Shown here: positions 63,691 to 64,000 of the stretch, one piece after another
How positions within the stretch are numbered: the stretch's first letter is position 1
Layout of the letters: every line of letters starts with the position of its first letter
From: Octopus sinensis
Taxonomy: Eukaryota
Assembly (NCBI RefSeq): GCF_006345805.1
Contig: NC_042998.1
Location: 106,020,001-106,084,000 of the forward strand
Direction: 5' to 3'
Length of the DNA stretch: 64,000 bases
The notes under the pieces: model-generated
What the model was told of the DNA's origin: nothing
Databases searched by the model: none
The model's input: only the letters and a program-made list of their open reading frames with translations
Made by a program: the position numbers and the translations under genes

Positions 63691-64000
63691 GCTTTCTGCT
63701 ATCATATCCATGTTATCTACTGATATACGTTCATCTTTTGATCTCATAACACATTGTAGTAAAGTTGTACAGCTTCTTTGGGCATGTATTCATGGTTATC
63801 AGACAACGGATGTGGTTCAAGAAGCTACTTACCAAGCCTCATGATGTTATCTGATTCATATATACAAACTTAGTCAAGGGATGCACTTCAATGCTTGGCG
63901 GTTAAAAGATGTTGCCAAAGGAATATGATATGACATTCAAAGGTAATCTGAATCAATGTTAAGCCTCTGCCTCCTTGTTTTCATTTTAGGTAGTGGTGGT

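Overview
AT-rich, microsatellite-dense eukaryotic (animal) DNA. The repeat landscape looks to me like a coleoid cephalopod, probably Octopus (inference from recalled repeat families, not checked). No host gene can be called with confidence. Nearly all listed ORFs are artefacts of (TA)n/(CA)n/(CAT)n/(AGAT)n repeats. The one long intact ORF (23177..25012) is a 5'-truncated Penelope-like retroelement (RT + GIY-YIG endonuclease, Neptune-type Cys linker). The rest is a mosaic of RTE-LINE 3' ends with (GAT)n tails, two abundant tRNA-type SINE families, CR1 and R4/Dong-like LINE fragments, a DD37E Tc1-like transposase relic, a Helitron helicase relic and several MITEs. The strongest signal not shown by the ORF track is hammerhead-ribozyme (HHR) motifs. 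About ten occur in six sequence families of short elements, most ending in (TA)n and several arranged as fold-backs or tandems. The best case is a 3.5-kb composite (22433..25930): a 281-bp-arm palindrome with an HHR in each arm, fused exactly to the truncated Penelope ORF, whose own tail carries a different, variant-core HHR. All ribozyme folds were read by eye; none was computed or tested.
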